A stretch of DNA of 64,000 bases from Tubiluchus corallicola (GCA_030141605.1 JAQGDQ010000134.1:248001-312000), one strand, 5' to 3'; counted from the first letter of the stretch, positions 11,936 to 25,867 are shown. Program-made: numbers and translations. Notes: generated by a model from the sequence alone, not told the origin.

Positions 11936-14900
11936 ATGGCGGGCAAAACAAACATTTCTGTTACTGGCTTAATAACCAGTCCAGGTTTTCAAAGAGCTAA
12001 AACATTAACTCAGGTACAAAAGATGAATGAAAAATTAGTGTATTAGTATGGTTATGCAGTAGAGCCCTAAGCAGGCCTAGGCACTGCAAACTGAAAATGA
12101 AGTGTTATAATAGTAGCTGCTGATGAAGTTTTTTATTTTTTATTTTCAGCAAATTCTTGAGCAGCAACATGAAGAAGATGATTTTTCCAGTTTAGTGCAG
12201 ATGAATGCTTTGCTGGAGTGGGAATGGCGATTGACACTTAAAGAGAAAACTCTTGTATGAATTTTACGATCTGTCACCTATTAATGAAACATTTTCTTCT
12301 CTTCAATAATTAAACTAAGTGTTTAAACTGTCATTATTACTAAATAATTGCTTATCTATTGTCGCTATGAACTGTTAATTCTCTTACTGAAAAAATATCA
12401 TATGCTGTAAATTTTGGGGTGAAGAAACTTTACATAAGATTACAACAATAGACTGAATTGGCTAATAATTAAGAGGCATGTTGTCAAAATTATTTATGGT
12501 TTAGCAGAAGTTAAAAATGCTGCTTGTTAAAAGTTTTTTTGTACATTATATTTCTTACATCCATTTCATAAACAACCAATTATATATATAAGTGTTAGTG
12601 TGCAACAGAAATGTTGGATTTTTCTAATAAAAAATTAATAACTTATTACATAGTTGGTTGTTTATGAAATGGATATTGTTCTTGTTATAAAGAATCTAAA
12701 AACTATTTCTTATATCTGGTTGATGACAACCGTAATTTATATTTTTCTAATTTTTAAAAGCTTTCACTCTTAAAGCGATGTCAATTCTAAAGAGATTTAG
12801 GAAGCTTTCGTTATTGAGAAAAATTCTTGAGTACAGCTAGAACTGAATTCGTCAAAATACTTTAATTGCACAGGAGCTAGATGATGATCTATGGTCATAT
12901 CAGCAACAAGACAAGCCCATAGTCTGTATTAATGAGGAACTAGTAGATCCAGATGTTTTAGTGAAAATAGCAAGTGAAAATTATGGAATCATTAGCGAAT
13001 TTAGTGAAGAATGCTATGCAAAGATGGGAGAAGAAGAAAGAAAGCAGTTGCTGCAAGCTACAGGTCACAGTTTTGTATTCATGAATTTTCGAAAGAAGAA
13101 AGAAAAAGAACGTAATCCCTGTCACATTGTAATAGAGGTAAATTGACAATGTTCAACAATGCTACATAACAATATCTTATACCTTATACAATATAGAGTA
13201 CCTATATTGACAGCAACACATGATAATCTTTAACTATAATGGTAAATGATACTGCACAAATTTATGTGATACCACCATCTGCTATTAGCCTAATTGCAGC
13301 ATACACAAGGAAAAACAAAAACTATATTGATAGCTGCCCTTTCAGTTATTTTCAGATTTGCTTCCAAAAACTTGTGAGAATTTTAAAGCTCTTTGTATTG
13401 GTGATAAGACAATTGACGGACACAGAATTGCCTATAAAGGCACGCAAATTCATCGAGTTGTCCCAAATGGTTGGATTCAAGGTGGAGGTTAGTTACATAA
13501 CTAATTTATAAGTCTAAAATAACCTACAATGTACGTTTTATCATGTTACTTTGTTGCTGCACCAAGCAGGACTGCATTATGACTATTTGCTTAATTGTTG
13601 CATTGTCTTTCATCATAAGTATTTTCTGCCATTGCCCATTGAACAGCAATGGTGTACGGCAATTTACATAAATGAATCATGATATTAATTTGCTGTGTTT
13701 CACACAAACTATACTAGTACCAATTTATTTGTAATCTTGTCTTTTTAGATATACTAGGGAGCAATGGTGACAATGGATACAGCATCTACGGAAAAGAATT
13801 TGATGGTATAGTTTCTCTATTGCACTCTGTTGTGTGGAGTACTGTGGTCTTGCAAATAATGATGGCAGAATTCTTTTATTCTATTTTATTAATCACAGAG
13901 CTACTTGTCTTACACGAATAACTGGGCGTGGATTAAAACACAAAAAGCTAGAAAACATTTTCAATAATGCATTTTTCAACTTTCATCCATACTAAAGCTA
14001 TAGAAAAATTGTGTTTATGCAATGTTCCTGAATATCAAGTGTATAAAGTGGAATTGCCCATTGTTTCACATCATAATTAACTCAGTACACTTTTACATAT
14101 TCTCATGGTGCATGCTTAACTGGTAACTGGATGGGTTACAAAGAAATTGTTTTTGGGGTGTTCGTTTGTCATTCTACCTGCAACTGTTTTCCTCATTGAA
14201 GGAGGATGTCGCCGAGACACCTCTGCTGTTTCAGTGCTTCATCTTAGCGGATTATTCTTCATAATAAGCTAGATACTGGTCTCCCCACAATCAGCTACAT
14301 TGAGTAGGCTGCATCCTAACTGTTCAGTCGTAACTTACACACAAAACTCAAGCGACTTTATTCTATGAAATTTAAAACTTGCCAACGTTACATTAATAGC
14401 CAAAATAGTTACGCTGCACAGTTTAGTATTCAAATATTTATATTTGTTTTTACCATTTTTACATTAGACGAAAACTATATCATCAAGCATAACAAATGTG
14501 GAATTGTTGGAATGGCAAATAAGGGCCCGCACACAAATGCATCACAGTTTTACATTACTCTGAAAGAAATACCTTGGATGGACTGCAAGTATGTCGCATT
14601 TGGGTAAGTATTACCGTTTACATCAACTACATGGAGTGCAACTACTGTTATACATCTTCTAACAGTTTACAGTCTAGCTTCGTTATCTCGCCCCTCGTTT
14701 TGCCGCCAAACTCGTCTCTCGCCATAGAAAGTACCAGGACGGATTTCCTGCTTTGATATTTACCTCGTTAAGTCGCCACCCTCGCTTCTCGCCCTCGCCA
14801 CGACATGCTAGGATGAGTGCTTATGTAAACTATATTCGTTATGTCACCAAACAGACAAACTCAGAGGTGAATCGATCAATACATATACCGCGTGTCGATC

Positions 14901-16008
14901 AATATAACCGCGGTATGTAGACAATGCTGCTGTACTCGATAAACAGACATAATTAATCTAGTGTGTGTCTCACCAGGATTAGATTAGGAGTGCTGTGGTT
15001 GGTTAATGCGCAGAGAAACTAAAGCGTCACTGATATCCTTACTCTATAACACCAAAGCTGCGTTTAAGTTTGAGTTTCCATAAAGTGTGAGCAACTTTAC
15101 ATGTCTCTGAAGCGAAAACTGTTTTGTCTTAATCCTGAACAAAAAAGGAAATTTGTGTTTATCATACAAATAATTCTTCAAAGACACAGCAGGAAATTGC
15201 TACTGTATTTAGTGCGAAGTTTGGTGACACGGGCAGCAGCGATGAAGATGACACGGGCAGTTGCGATGAAGACGATGGTGCATCTCATGTATCGAATGAC
15301 CAGACAGCAGCAGCTGTCGACACACTGATGCGATACTTTGAACAGTCTGACAGAGTCACAAGCGACGATATTCAAGGATTGTGTTTGATTAAACGTCGTG
15401 TTGACTGCTTGCGTGTATCATCAATGAAACAGTCGTCTCTTCTGAATTATTTCAGTCGTCAGTAACTCATTTGTGAACATTTCAAAATCTTTTGTTAAGT
15501 TTATTGCATTTAAGTGTATACTCGAAAAAGGTTTTTTAAATAAAAAACTAACATTCTAAGATTATTTTTATGACATTTTTTCATTTCTGATTTAATGTTG
15601 ATTGGTATCATAATGCGAAATATATTTTATATGTACATAGAGGAACACTATGTTAATCAACTATTATGTATATACATATAGACTAACTTCGTTATATTCC
15701 CGTTATCTCGCCATACTCGCCTCTCGCCAAAAATTTGCCCTAGGTGGACAGTGGCGAGATAACGAGACTAGACTGTATATTGTGAGTGTAACACAGACAC
15801 TATTAAGAGTAGCATTATCATTTGATGATAAGATTGTTTTGATGACATTAGGCAAGTAATCGAAGGTATGGCAGTGCTAGAAGCTATAGAGAACATGGAA
15901 ACTTACAATCAGCGACCAAGCATTGACGTAACCATAACAGACTGCGGGTTACTAGAAAACCTCAATCCCAGTCCATCAACAACAGAGCTACATGAATTTT
16001 ACAGCTGA
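11936..16008 (+). CDS. PPIL6: Peptidyl-prolyl isomerase-like 6 (ciliary radial-spoke cyclophilin), ~312 aa
   Basis: Exons 11936-12013, 12150-12254, 12874-13137, 13346-13487, 13749-13805, 14468-14603, 15852-16008. PPIL6-type N-terminus (ISVTGLITSPGFQRAK, LLEWEW). Cyclophilin domain: ELFSDLLPKTCENFKALC, HRVVPNGWIQGGD, GMANKGPHTNASQFYIT, WMDCKYVAFGQVIEG. Confidence 0.93.
12559..12674. repeat. Small inverted repeat (MITE-like) in PPIL6 intron 2
   Basis: ATCCATTTCATAAACAACCAA (12559-12579) is the exact reverse complement of 12654-12674. Confidence 0.55.
14670..15775 (+). mobile_element. Internally deleted pogo/Tigger (Tc1/mariner superfamily) DNA transposon in PPIL6 intron 6
   Basis: 23-bp TIRs CAGTCTAGCTTCGTTATCTCGCC / GGCGAGATAACGAGACTAGACTG (2 mismatches), TA on both sides, subterminal TCTCGCC repeats. 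Residual ORF 15101-15465 has a CENP-B-like HTH start and a C-terminal KQSSLLNYF motif. Confidence 0.88.
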
Positions 16009-16949
16009 GAATCGATTTCAGAATTTTTATCGGTATGCTCATTTGTTTCTGTATACAAAAATGGAAGGGCAAACCAGGGAAGAACTTGTGAAAAATATCT
16101 GAGGAAACTATTGCCATGTTAATACATTTAGTTTTTAAGCTTTTATATGACTATAATGAATGCAAAGCATAGCACTGATATTTGACTAGGCATATAACAA
16201 CAGTAACTGGTGATAAATAGTACATGCTGCTTCAAGATAGCTAAATACGTGTAAGTTCATATCAACACTTATCCTTTTGCCTTCTACTGCTAGTGTACCA
16301 TTACATTGTAAGTTTAAACAAGTAATAGTCTTGCCTGTCATTAATGTTATAATAATAAATTATTATTCGGCTCAAATTGACTGTTTGGCAAAATTATAAT
16401 AATTATTTGTCTTTCTGTTTCTTTGAAAATGTGGATGACTTTTGACATTAAAATGCTGAATATACATTCCCATATAAAATGACGCAGGACAGTCTACAGA
16501 TCTTTTTATAGTTGGTAAACTACCAAAAGTATTAACAAGCCATGAGCGAGCAACTGAAATAAAGTAAGTTCAGCAATATTACGGTTCATACTGAAAACAA
16601 AGTGCACTTGTAAGGTTTATTTCACATATATAACCTACAAGATCTGTGTAAAAAGTTCAGTTCTGGAATCAGAATTTATTTACAAAGTTTACAATAGTTA
16701 CTTTATTAGATTACATAGTTTGCAATGTCTTTCAAATAAGATTTACTCCTAGCATACAGTTCAGACTAGTCATATGTAGGACTCACTTAGAAGTTGTGAA
16801 CAGGTTTCACTTGCAAGGTTTAGTTCATGCTGGCCTCACCTGCCAGGTTTCAACCAGTCCTAATTACTGCGAATAGCATTCATATAAAAAGTTTATGAGT
16901 AGGGCCAGACATTAACGGTTGTGAGACCAGAATGTGAATGTTATATTCT

Positions 16950-19270
16950 CTACCCTGGAGATAAGGATACATTTGTTGTCAGCGAATCATGAGTATCTAA
17001 TTTTGAGCCTGGCATTAGCTGACAACCATGTTTATACCAAAATTCTAGACCTTTACTCACAACCAACTCTGCTGTTCCCTCCGCTAAGTCCTGCCGCACA
17101 CAGTCCACTGCTTCCTCTGCATCTGTCACTCGCAGGAGATGCCGTTCCATCACAGCGAGAAAGGCAACGGCAACATACACTAAAATCTTGCACGAACCTC
17201 CAATCACAATGTCCCAAATGCGCTCAATGACCCCTTCAGGAAGGACCTCTGCAAAACACGAGGCAAACCATTCCTCGAGCGGTAATGCCTGAATAGCGTT
17301 AATCTGTTTTAAATGAGCATACAATGCTGGCACCTCTTTTTTCAAGTAGCAATCCGTCTTTTCACGCAAAACACTTAGCTGCGGTTTAGCGTCTTCTAGT
17401 TGCTTGTAAAATTGTTTTGAAAGCCAGTATGCATCAACTGGTGTTGGAAATATTTGCAGAAAAGTAGAAGCTATACTGATGAATGCTTTACTATTTGGTT
17501 CTTCAAGCTGCTGTTCCTCATCAAACATCATTTGCCCCTCCTCTAAATAATACATTTTCAGAAAAACAGTGGGTTGATCCGTTGCATCATCAATTTTTCG
17601 CATAATCCTAAAAAAAATCGCTAACATTTTGTAATTATGTAACACACCAAGTAGCAAACAGGGTTTACTTTGAAAAGATTGTTTAAGGAATGTCCATGTT
17701 TCAAGCTTAAAGGTTTATAAATCATTATATATACATATAAACATAATATACATGAAAACCTACACTATATATTGAAGAAATAATCACTAAAAATTTATAT
17801 ATATGCAAAACAACATATAGTAAAAAGTACACAGAAAAATAATGTAGATCACTAACCATTTCCAGTAGTTAATATGCTTTTTATACAGTAATTATTAATT
17901 ATAAATAAAGGGGTAGTTTCTAGCTAATTAACTATCCTACACTCATATTTAACTAAATATTAACTCATATTTAATCTAATAATGTCAGTTAGTCAGAAAT
18001 TACTCTACGGTGAATGAACTAAAACTTGGAAATGCAGTAAAAAGTGCTGAAACATTAAGTCTGAACCACAAGAGACTGACATGTGTAATGGCATAAGATA
18101 TTGAGCTTGTAATTAGTCTCTGGTTCAGACATCACTCAGGTAATTTTTTATTAGTTTTTATGCCATGACTGGATTTAAAAATCACAGTTTATCCATCAAA
18201 AATGCTAAATATAACATTAAACTCTGCCTTGCTATTGTTTAACAATTTGTCAGATAAAACTTAAACTGGCTAACTCCTAATTTTTTTGAGAAGCATCGGA
18301 CGTACTGTTTGACTAGCCTGGTGTGTTTATTAATCAGCAATTTACTAGCAATATGCAATCAGCAATAGGCTAATGGAGATAATCAGACAATACCATACCA
18401 TAGTGCATGGTCAAGATCATTGTACTGTTCGATTCGCTGCTCTCTGACAAAGTCGTGAATGCTAATATGAGCAGGTAGCATTTCTGAAATGAACAAGGAA
18501 AATGATTTTGTAAATAACCAAAATTATGCATAAAATAAAAGCTTATGTGCTGTGCCCCATTGGATAAAGAAAATCAATTTTTACAGGAAGTAAGTAATTT
18601 GGAGTTATCCATTTACAATTGTTATAGATGTGTAAAAAGGCTTTACAGTAAAAACAAATAGGCCATCCATAAAATACTTTCCTGATATCATCTAATCACA
18701 TACTATAAGATAGCATGCTAGCTGCATGCTGAATCACTAACAAGTACAAAAACTTACCACTGATTTTATGTTTTGGATTCCCTCTAATCACCAAAATCTT
18801 AAATATAATTAGCTTTAGGTTTGAATTTTTTGTGATTAATGCTAGCAAATTTTGTCTATGGTGTTTTGAAAATCAACCAAGCAAGCAAATTGTGCCTTGT
18901 TAAAACAGAAAGATCTGTCCGAGACAATGTTCACATTGACTGAAAATGAATCTAAAGCAATTGATCTAATCAACACGTCGTGGTAAGACCCTTTGATTAT
19001 AAGGATAAATGATAAATCAATTGGTAAACAGTCTCTAATTTTAACTGTGAACCAGGCATAGAGTCTATGCTGCTAGTTCTTACCAAGTAGAACTTTCCAC
19101 ACAATCTCCCTATAGATGCCAGCTACAGGAAATCGGAGGCAAAATTGAGACAGTCTCTGTAAATCCAGTGGCTGCTCTTTCAGTAATATTTCTAGCGACT
19201 TCTTTTCTTCAATGCCTCGAAATCCCATTTTTTCATAATAATGAGATCTGAAGTTTCTCTCATCTGCCAT
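16950..19270 (-). CDS. TBC1D7: TBC1 domain family member 7 (TSC complex subunit), ~309 aa
   Basis: Exons 19270-19084, 18483-18399, 17607-16950. [36 protein letters not shown] and WFASCFA..LP...[21 protein letters not shown] are characteristic of TBC1D7. Confidence 0.95.
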
Positions 19271-20166
19271 TATACTGTAACAAAACACCAATGAAATAAA
19301 TAAAGTTATTGGGTTATCAAGTAATTTGCAGTATGTATGCCCATGCAAACTACTTTGTAGTTCTTTTGATGAACAAAATTTCTAATATGATTTGGCAAAT
19401 GCATATCTTTATTCTTGTTTGGTAACATAGTAAAACATAAAATTATGTATAGAATGCTTCTTTTTCTCCTTTTTGTAAATATAAGTATGCCTACTGTTCT
19501 GAAAATAATATTAATTATGTGAGATTCAGTATGTACTCACTTATGTATCCATTCACTGTGAGCAAATTCATGCTTTTAATTTTTCCTTTTATGCTTATTG
19601 TAAACAGCTATTAGTATGCATATACCATTTTAGTAAATACTGTGTTTTAGTTCCTTTCTTGCTTGCCCAGTGTAGTTATAACGTATCTGTGCAATAAACA
19701 AAATTTAATTTAATTTAATTGACCTTTGACAGCACAAATGACAATAATTACTATGTAAATCGTTAGTGTTTTGATAACAAGTAACATAAGATTTTTGAAT
19801 AACAAAATTCCTGATAAACTGCATTAGTAATACAGCCATAACACTTATTACAAATCTCTACAACTTCGGAAACATTCACGTTTAATCAGTCTGCAAATTA
19901 AACGATGCAATCGGGATGCACAATGCACTCGTTTCGTTTAGATATGTACCGCTATCTAGTGAGCAAAAGCACGATTAAAGAAAACGAACTGATGTCGCCA
20001 TTATGGTAACGTTTTTATACACTGCGTGTCGAATGTTGCGCTAATTTATCTCGACTATATTAAAGAAATGAATAGACGTCTGTTACTATACTTGTATATA
20101 AGAAAATCTTGAAATAAAACGCGCTCAATTTTATGAAGCACCATTTCCGATAACGTATTTCACTAA

Positions 20167-20249
20167 AGTACGGTGGCCGAGTGGTTAAGGCGTTGGACTT
20201 AAGTTCCAATGGACATATGTCCGCATGGGTTCGAACCCCATCCGTACTA
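20167..20249 (+). tRNA. tRNA-Leu(TAA): tRNA-Leu, anticodon TAA
   Basis: Acceptor stem AGTACGG/CCGTACT, D arm TGGCCGAGTGGTTAAGGC, anticodon arm TTGGA-CTTAAGT-TCCAA, long variable arm GGACATATGTCC, T arm ATGGG-TTCGAAC-CCCAT, downstream T-rich terminator. Confidence 0.96.
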
Positions 20250-21724
20250 TTTCTTTTCATACTGCCGCTTCTTCTTTTCCCAAGTTTTTTATCATGATGT
20301 TCTATTGTCTACATTAAATCAAAAATACTGAAAATAATCATTCGTGTGAAAAATTGTTTATGTAAAGGAAATTAGAAACCGTAAAAATGTTTTTAAAAAT
20401 TTCATGTCATCCCAGTTTTGACTAGGCAGCGTTACAGGCCTGTGTTCGCCAGATTTGAAATTGAAACTTAGGCATTCTACCTTTCTAATTCTCGAACAAC
20501 TAATACTTCTGTCCCTCCTATGTGCTGCTACCGTCTATATATTAATTTCTGTCATTTAATCAAGTAACAATTTACTTCTTTCAGAATGTAGTCCGTAAAA
20601 CACAAATACATACATAAATGCAAGGATAAAAGACTACTAAAATCTAACTTAAAAACTCCATTTATAGATAACACATGAGTATGATTATGCATATACAAAT
20701 AACATTGTTTTCCATTCGCTAAAAATATAAGAATTCATACTGATATAATAACTTAAAATATAGGCCTACTGTATTAAAATATTATTAAAATAGATTTTTA
20801 AAAGAATAAACAGTTTTTCATATGATTACGCCAAAGTGCTCAATTTGCAAGCTGACATACATTTGACTAGCGCTGCAATCATAGGGCAATGAAAATAGCT
20901 TCCTTGTGCAATTATTATAGGCTAACTTTTAATTGTTTAATAATATAGGCTTTTAATTTCTCATCTTTGATTATTTTAGTCATAAATGGCACGGCGATTG
21001 GCACATTTGTCTAATTTCTTCATTGGTGTTACTCTTATGATTATACTGTTGCACTTCCTCTCCCAGACCATCGGACTAGGAACATGGCGCCGCTCATGAC
21101 CATGTCAGTTCTGCGTTGGTCTACTTTTTGGGAATGCGATGATGGTTTGGCTGTACAGAGTGCAAAAATATTTGACAGATTTCCATAAAAACTAAAATAT
21201 GACCTGACTGTCGATGTCATATCAATTGCCAAAATGAATAGTCTACATGCCATGTAGTACGTTTAATTAATTCCTTAGTTATTTCTTTTTTGGCCCACAT
21301 ACATGCTCTCTCAGTTAGACAAACATCCTGAAGTAAATATGGCAATAAAACTGCCCAAAATGGCTTTCCTGGCCATCAGACACCCATTTGCCAACCAGGT
21401 CCAACACTGTTTAACGTTGATCACGAAGCACATATACATTGATTACTGTGACTATTGCACATCGATTTTTGAATTCATTTGGAGAACTGTGAGAGTCACA
21501 TTTATGGTGAGCGAGCTATAAATGGTTTCGGTAGTGATGGCTTCATACACATTTTATTAATTGATTAATCTGTTCGTATATATTACACAGTACAGTATAT
21601 ATACTTTATATAAATTTATTAACTGTTTATTTTATTAACACCTATTGCATTTTTGTTTTTAATATATATATTATATATATTTAATATATAATATATAGTA
21701 TATTATATATTAAATATATATATA

Positions 21725-22107
21725 CTTGCGGGATGCCCACTCTGTATCTCGACAATAGGCGGAGGAGCTGTACAAGCAGCCAACGGCCATGTGTAGAGGA
21801 GTAAACCTTCTAAATCAGGAGTGGAGCCCCGAAGGCGGACCACTGCAGCATGCTCCGGCAACTCCTGCAGCCAACCTGGTTCCAAACGTATCGCTCCGCT
21901 TTCCTTTGGACTACATCAGGGAGGAAGAGGGGTTCCTGTTGTCTGGGCAACTCAGGATCCCCATACACCTTGCCTAGGCGTACGCCCTGGAGACCTTCAA
22001 GGATCGGACTGCTCAGCCGCAGTCGACGCTGCAGCTCCATCAATGTGATCAATAACTGACTCTTTTGACGCACTTCATTGTCTTCCGAGACAGAAGGATG
22101 CCAACAA
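21725..22107 (+). mobile_element. Short non-autonomous RTE-derived element (5' UTR joined to 3' end)
   Basis: GC-rich island inside AT/TA-rich sequence. The 5' motifs CTTGCGGGAT...GGAGTAAACC...GCAACTCCTGCAGCCAA...TTTCCTTTGGACTACATCAGG and the 3' end CATTGTCTTCCGAGACAGAAGGATGCCAAC resemble, from recall, AviRTE-like RTE termini. No RT ORF. Confidence 0.6.
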
Positions 22108-23447
22108 TATATTTATAAATATATACAGGCTAACTTGGTTATACAATGCTTCCTTAAAAGCGGAATTGTTCCAAATTTTAGATAAGATCATGAAATGAAA
22201 TTGAAAATTAATGTGAAGAAAGATGCTGAGTTTGCAGATATGGCGCTTGATTTCAAGCCATGATAATCAAGGTTTCAACCTAAACAATCTAGGTTAATTC
22301 ATGCAGAATCATCAACTAGTTATATTCATTTCAACTTCAATTCATTCAAAGTTATAAATCTGGATGATCACGAAGTAACGGAAGTCCTTTATCTGAGTTG
22401 CTTCCTCCTCAGCCTTGCTAACCACTGCTTGTTGCACCACAGTCTTTTTTATGATAAAAGCAATATGATAGGGAAAACAAGGCAGGCTGGCAAACACCAT
22501 GTACTGCCTGTGGTGTTTGCAAAAGCCTTTCGTATGTATGATAGTGGAATGAACAGTCTTCCATTCAATTACCTAAACAGTGAATACATCAACTCAGACC
22601 GTTAATTAGTAAAACAATTTTTATTTAAATACGAAGCAGCAGAAAAATGTCACACGCCTCACGCCCTGCTGACCGACTAATGATCGCGGCAATAGTAATC
22701 ACACAAGACATAATTAGAACCAAAAGCTTGTGACACTTTTTGGATGTAAATTACTTTCACTCAAGACAAAGTATCATCTGCAAACATTAAGCTAGGCTAA
22801 TTGCTTCGGCAGTTTATAACAAGGTACAATGCTCGAATGCCATATATGACGTACATTAGGGTAATAACTCGTTTCGTAATTGACGTTTGCAGGCTCTTTG
22901 AAACAGTCTATACTTTACAAGCTATTATAAGCGCTCTATAAATTACTGAAACAGTTCTTAAGCACTTTAAAACTAAACTCTTTTGAATCTGAAAGAAACG
23001 CAACGGAAGAGTGTCATGGTGGTACCTTGAACCACACCAACAACTCTCTTACTTCATGTACCTTGAACCCTACCAAGGGCTTGCTAATAGTGATTTGTGA
23101 CCAAATCAACATCAACGACACGAGAAGATTAAGTGATAATTTCAGTTACTGGCACACTGAAGGCGACAAGAGCTGCAGCAGAAGTGGCAATCATCATGAA
23201 AGCGTCTATGACTATGAAAACAACAACCAAAACTAGTGATCATTAGACATTGATGACAACAATATCTTCTAAGTCGTCAACGCTGCCATCTCCCTCCCCC
23301 CGTCCCTTTATGTTTGTGAAAAGTATATATATTTTCGTAAACAGTGTATATGTAAACAGTATATATTTTAAAATAAATATGATTTGTGTGTGATTGTATG
23401 TATTATACTATACACTTTGAGTGTGAAATAAAAAGTTAAATTCAAAT

Positions 23448-23460
23448 TCTCTCTCCCTCA

Positions 23461-23542
<82 letters not shown>
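23448..23542. repeat. (CT)n microsatellite
   Basis: Direct inspection. Confidence 0.95.
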
Positions 23543-23544
<2 letters not shown>

Positions 23545-24352
23545 ATATATCAGTATCTTCTTTTTCCCTTTTCTTTTTAACTTCTTTTTTCTCTCTTTTT
23601 CTCACTCATTCGCTCTATCTCTCACTGACTCATCCTCACTCACAAACTCATTCGTCACCCACTTTCTCACCTAACTTATTCAGTGACACTGACATCAGAA
23701 ACAAGAACAGATCAATAATCAATCAGCTTACTCCAATAGATAAGATTTTGATTCTCACAACAAGGGTCCCATGGGATTTAGCTACACTTTCGTCATACAT
23801 ACAATACTAAAATTATTTAACACTCTTACACAATGTAACAATTAATATAGCTAACAAATTGCATATCATTTATCATTATAATTTTTTTGAACTTTCTCAC
23901 GTACACACAGCGGGGAGACACAGTTTGTGACAGATCTAATGCTATTATTATGCGAGACATAACAGTAATCAAAGATATGTAGACCGAAAATGAATTATTC
24001 TATACGATTGATTATTCTATAATTTAATAGACGCGAGTTCTAAAGCTCTGAATGTGATTCAGTATGAATATTAATTACACTGAAATTTGTTATCAACCAC
24101 GGCGGGGGGCGTCATTCACTTAAATTCACAAGCCTAAAAACAAGAAACTCGTGTAATGATTTTGTACACATAGTCACCAAATTTTTTTTGTACTTAAACC
24201 AGAGACTTTAAGTTTTTCCATGTACCTACTTCTTAAATGATTAGTGAAAATAGAGTAATAGTCTTAAATAAAATGATGAGGAATAGCGGATGGTTGACGT
24301 ACAACCCGTTTTCTGCTTGCTCGCTTAAAAATTTATGTACAAAATTGCTTTG

Positions 24353-24863
24353 GGCATGCTTGTAAATGTAGGCGTAATAACGAGTGTAAAACCTATTTTA
24401 AATTGAAAACCTGGCTGTTTTTACAGGCATGCTTGTAAATGTAGGCGTAATAACGAGTGTAAAACCTATTTTAAATTGAAAACCTGGCTGTTTTTACAGG
24501 CATGCTTGTAAATGTAGGCGTAATAACGAGTGTAAAACCTATTTTAAATTGAAAACCTGGCTGTTTTTACAGGCATGCTTGTAAATGTAGGCGTAATAAC
24601 GAGTGTAAAACCTATTTTAAATTGAAAACCTGGCTGTTTTTACAGGCATGCTTGTAAATGTAGGCGTAATAACGAGTGTAAAACCTATTTTAAAATGAAA
24701 ACCTGGCTGTTTTTACAGGCATGCTTGTAAATGTAGGCGTAATAACGAGTGTAAAACCTATTTTAAAATGAAAACCTGGCTGTTTTTACAGGCATGCTTG
24801 CAAATGTAGGCGTAATAACGAGTGTAAAACCTATTTTAAAATGAAAACCTGGCTGTTTTTACA
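24353..24863. repeat. Tandem array of 7 x 73-bp near-identical units
   Basis: Unit GGCATGCTTGTAAATGTAGGCGTAATAACGAGTGTAAAACCTATTTTAAATTGAAAACCTGGCTGTTTTTACA starts at 24353, 24426, 24499, 24572, 24645, 24718 and 24791; no spacers. Confidence 0.95.
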
Positions 24864-25860
24864 CTTATTAGTTTAATAAGATCCTACAGTTGCAGAACTA
24901 TATAGATAAATTTATAAATTGTTGTTAAGAACTGCTAGTTATCACCAATTTCAAATGTCCTATCTTTAGCAAAATAAAGATCGCATCAAATGAGCTAAAA
25001 CAAATAAATTCTACTGTGGCTTACAGTTTATAGTGTGGAGTCAATTTTATAACGTCTTTTTCTGCATGATAGTTATCGTTATACATGACAGAGACCCAAC
25101 GATCAATGCATTCTAAAAAGTTGAACGTGCCGCTTAAAGCACAAGAAAACACCATTCATAATAAAGCTTAAAAAATTCGTCTTGAAATTTTATATCGCTT
25201 ACATACTGTCTTATTGTATACAGAGCTTGCATCAACAGTAACTCCGTATAAAACTGTGAATTTGAACTCCCGTGATGACTATTAGGCGCCGCCATTTTGC
25301 CGTTAGGTTACAAATTTATACAACATTGTTTAAAGTTTGAAAAAATAATCACAACATTCGTAGCGCACTCTTCACTAACTAAACACAAGTATAAATTACT
25401 TTATCTTGTCAATAACATCAATAATGCGGATTTTGGTGAATGAGTGGTGCACATTGGGATGGTGCTGCAGTGTTGTTTTACCAGGTGGCGTAAATATTTT
25501 AAATTATTAAGAATTTTCTTTTCCAATTAAGTAAGTATTTCGAGCAGCTATGCATAATGCTATTTATTATAGCTTTGTTCGGATTTGTACTCAGGTTTTA
25601 ATTAGTAACACTTTTTTGTTTGTCATCATTATCATTTGACCTGAGTTCACAAGCCACACACAAATGTGGGTAATTGTTGTCATTAAAACACATTTTTTAC
25701 ACCGGCTGTTAGCTTGACGGCAAGAAATAGATTGACTTTCACCGCTTGGCTTGCCCCTCGGGTGTTGGGTCACCGCCGAATTGTCATAGTGACGCCTATA
25801 CCACTTTCGACGATGTGAAGAAGCTTTAGAACTGTGTCAGTGACGTCACTTTTCATGCAG

Positions 25861-25867
25861 TATAAAA
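25861..25867 (+). promoter_or_regulatory. TATA box of the chitin-deacetylase-like gene
   Basis: TATAAAA 89 bp upstream of the ATG at 25950, with a TGACGTCA (CRE-type) palindrome at 25841-25848. Confidence 0.45.

Noticed and set aside
16934-17230. 98-aa plus-strand ORF
   Set aside because: Antisense shadow of the TBC1D7 last exon with no recognisable motif.
22267-22605. ~112-codon stop-free frame
   Set aside because: No recognisable domain, no convincing splice sites and no early ATG.
24353-24863. Possible CRISPR array
   Set aside because: Units are contiguous with no unique spacers, there are no cas genes, and the context is eukaryotic.
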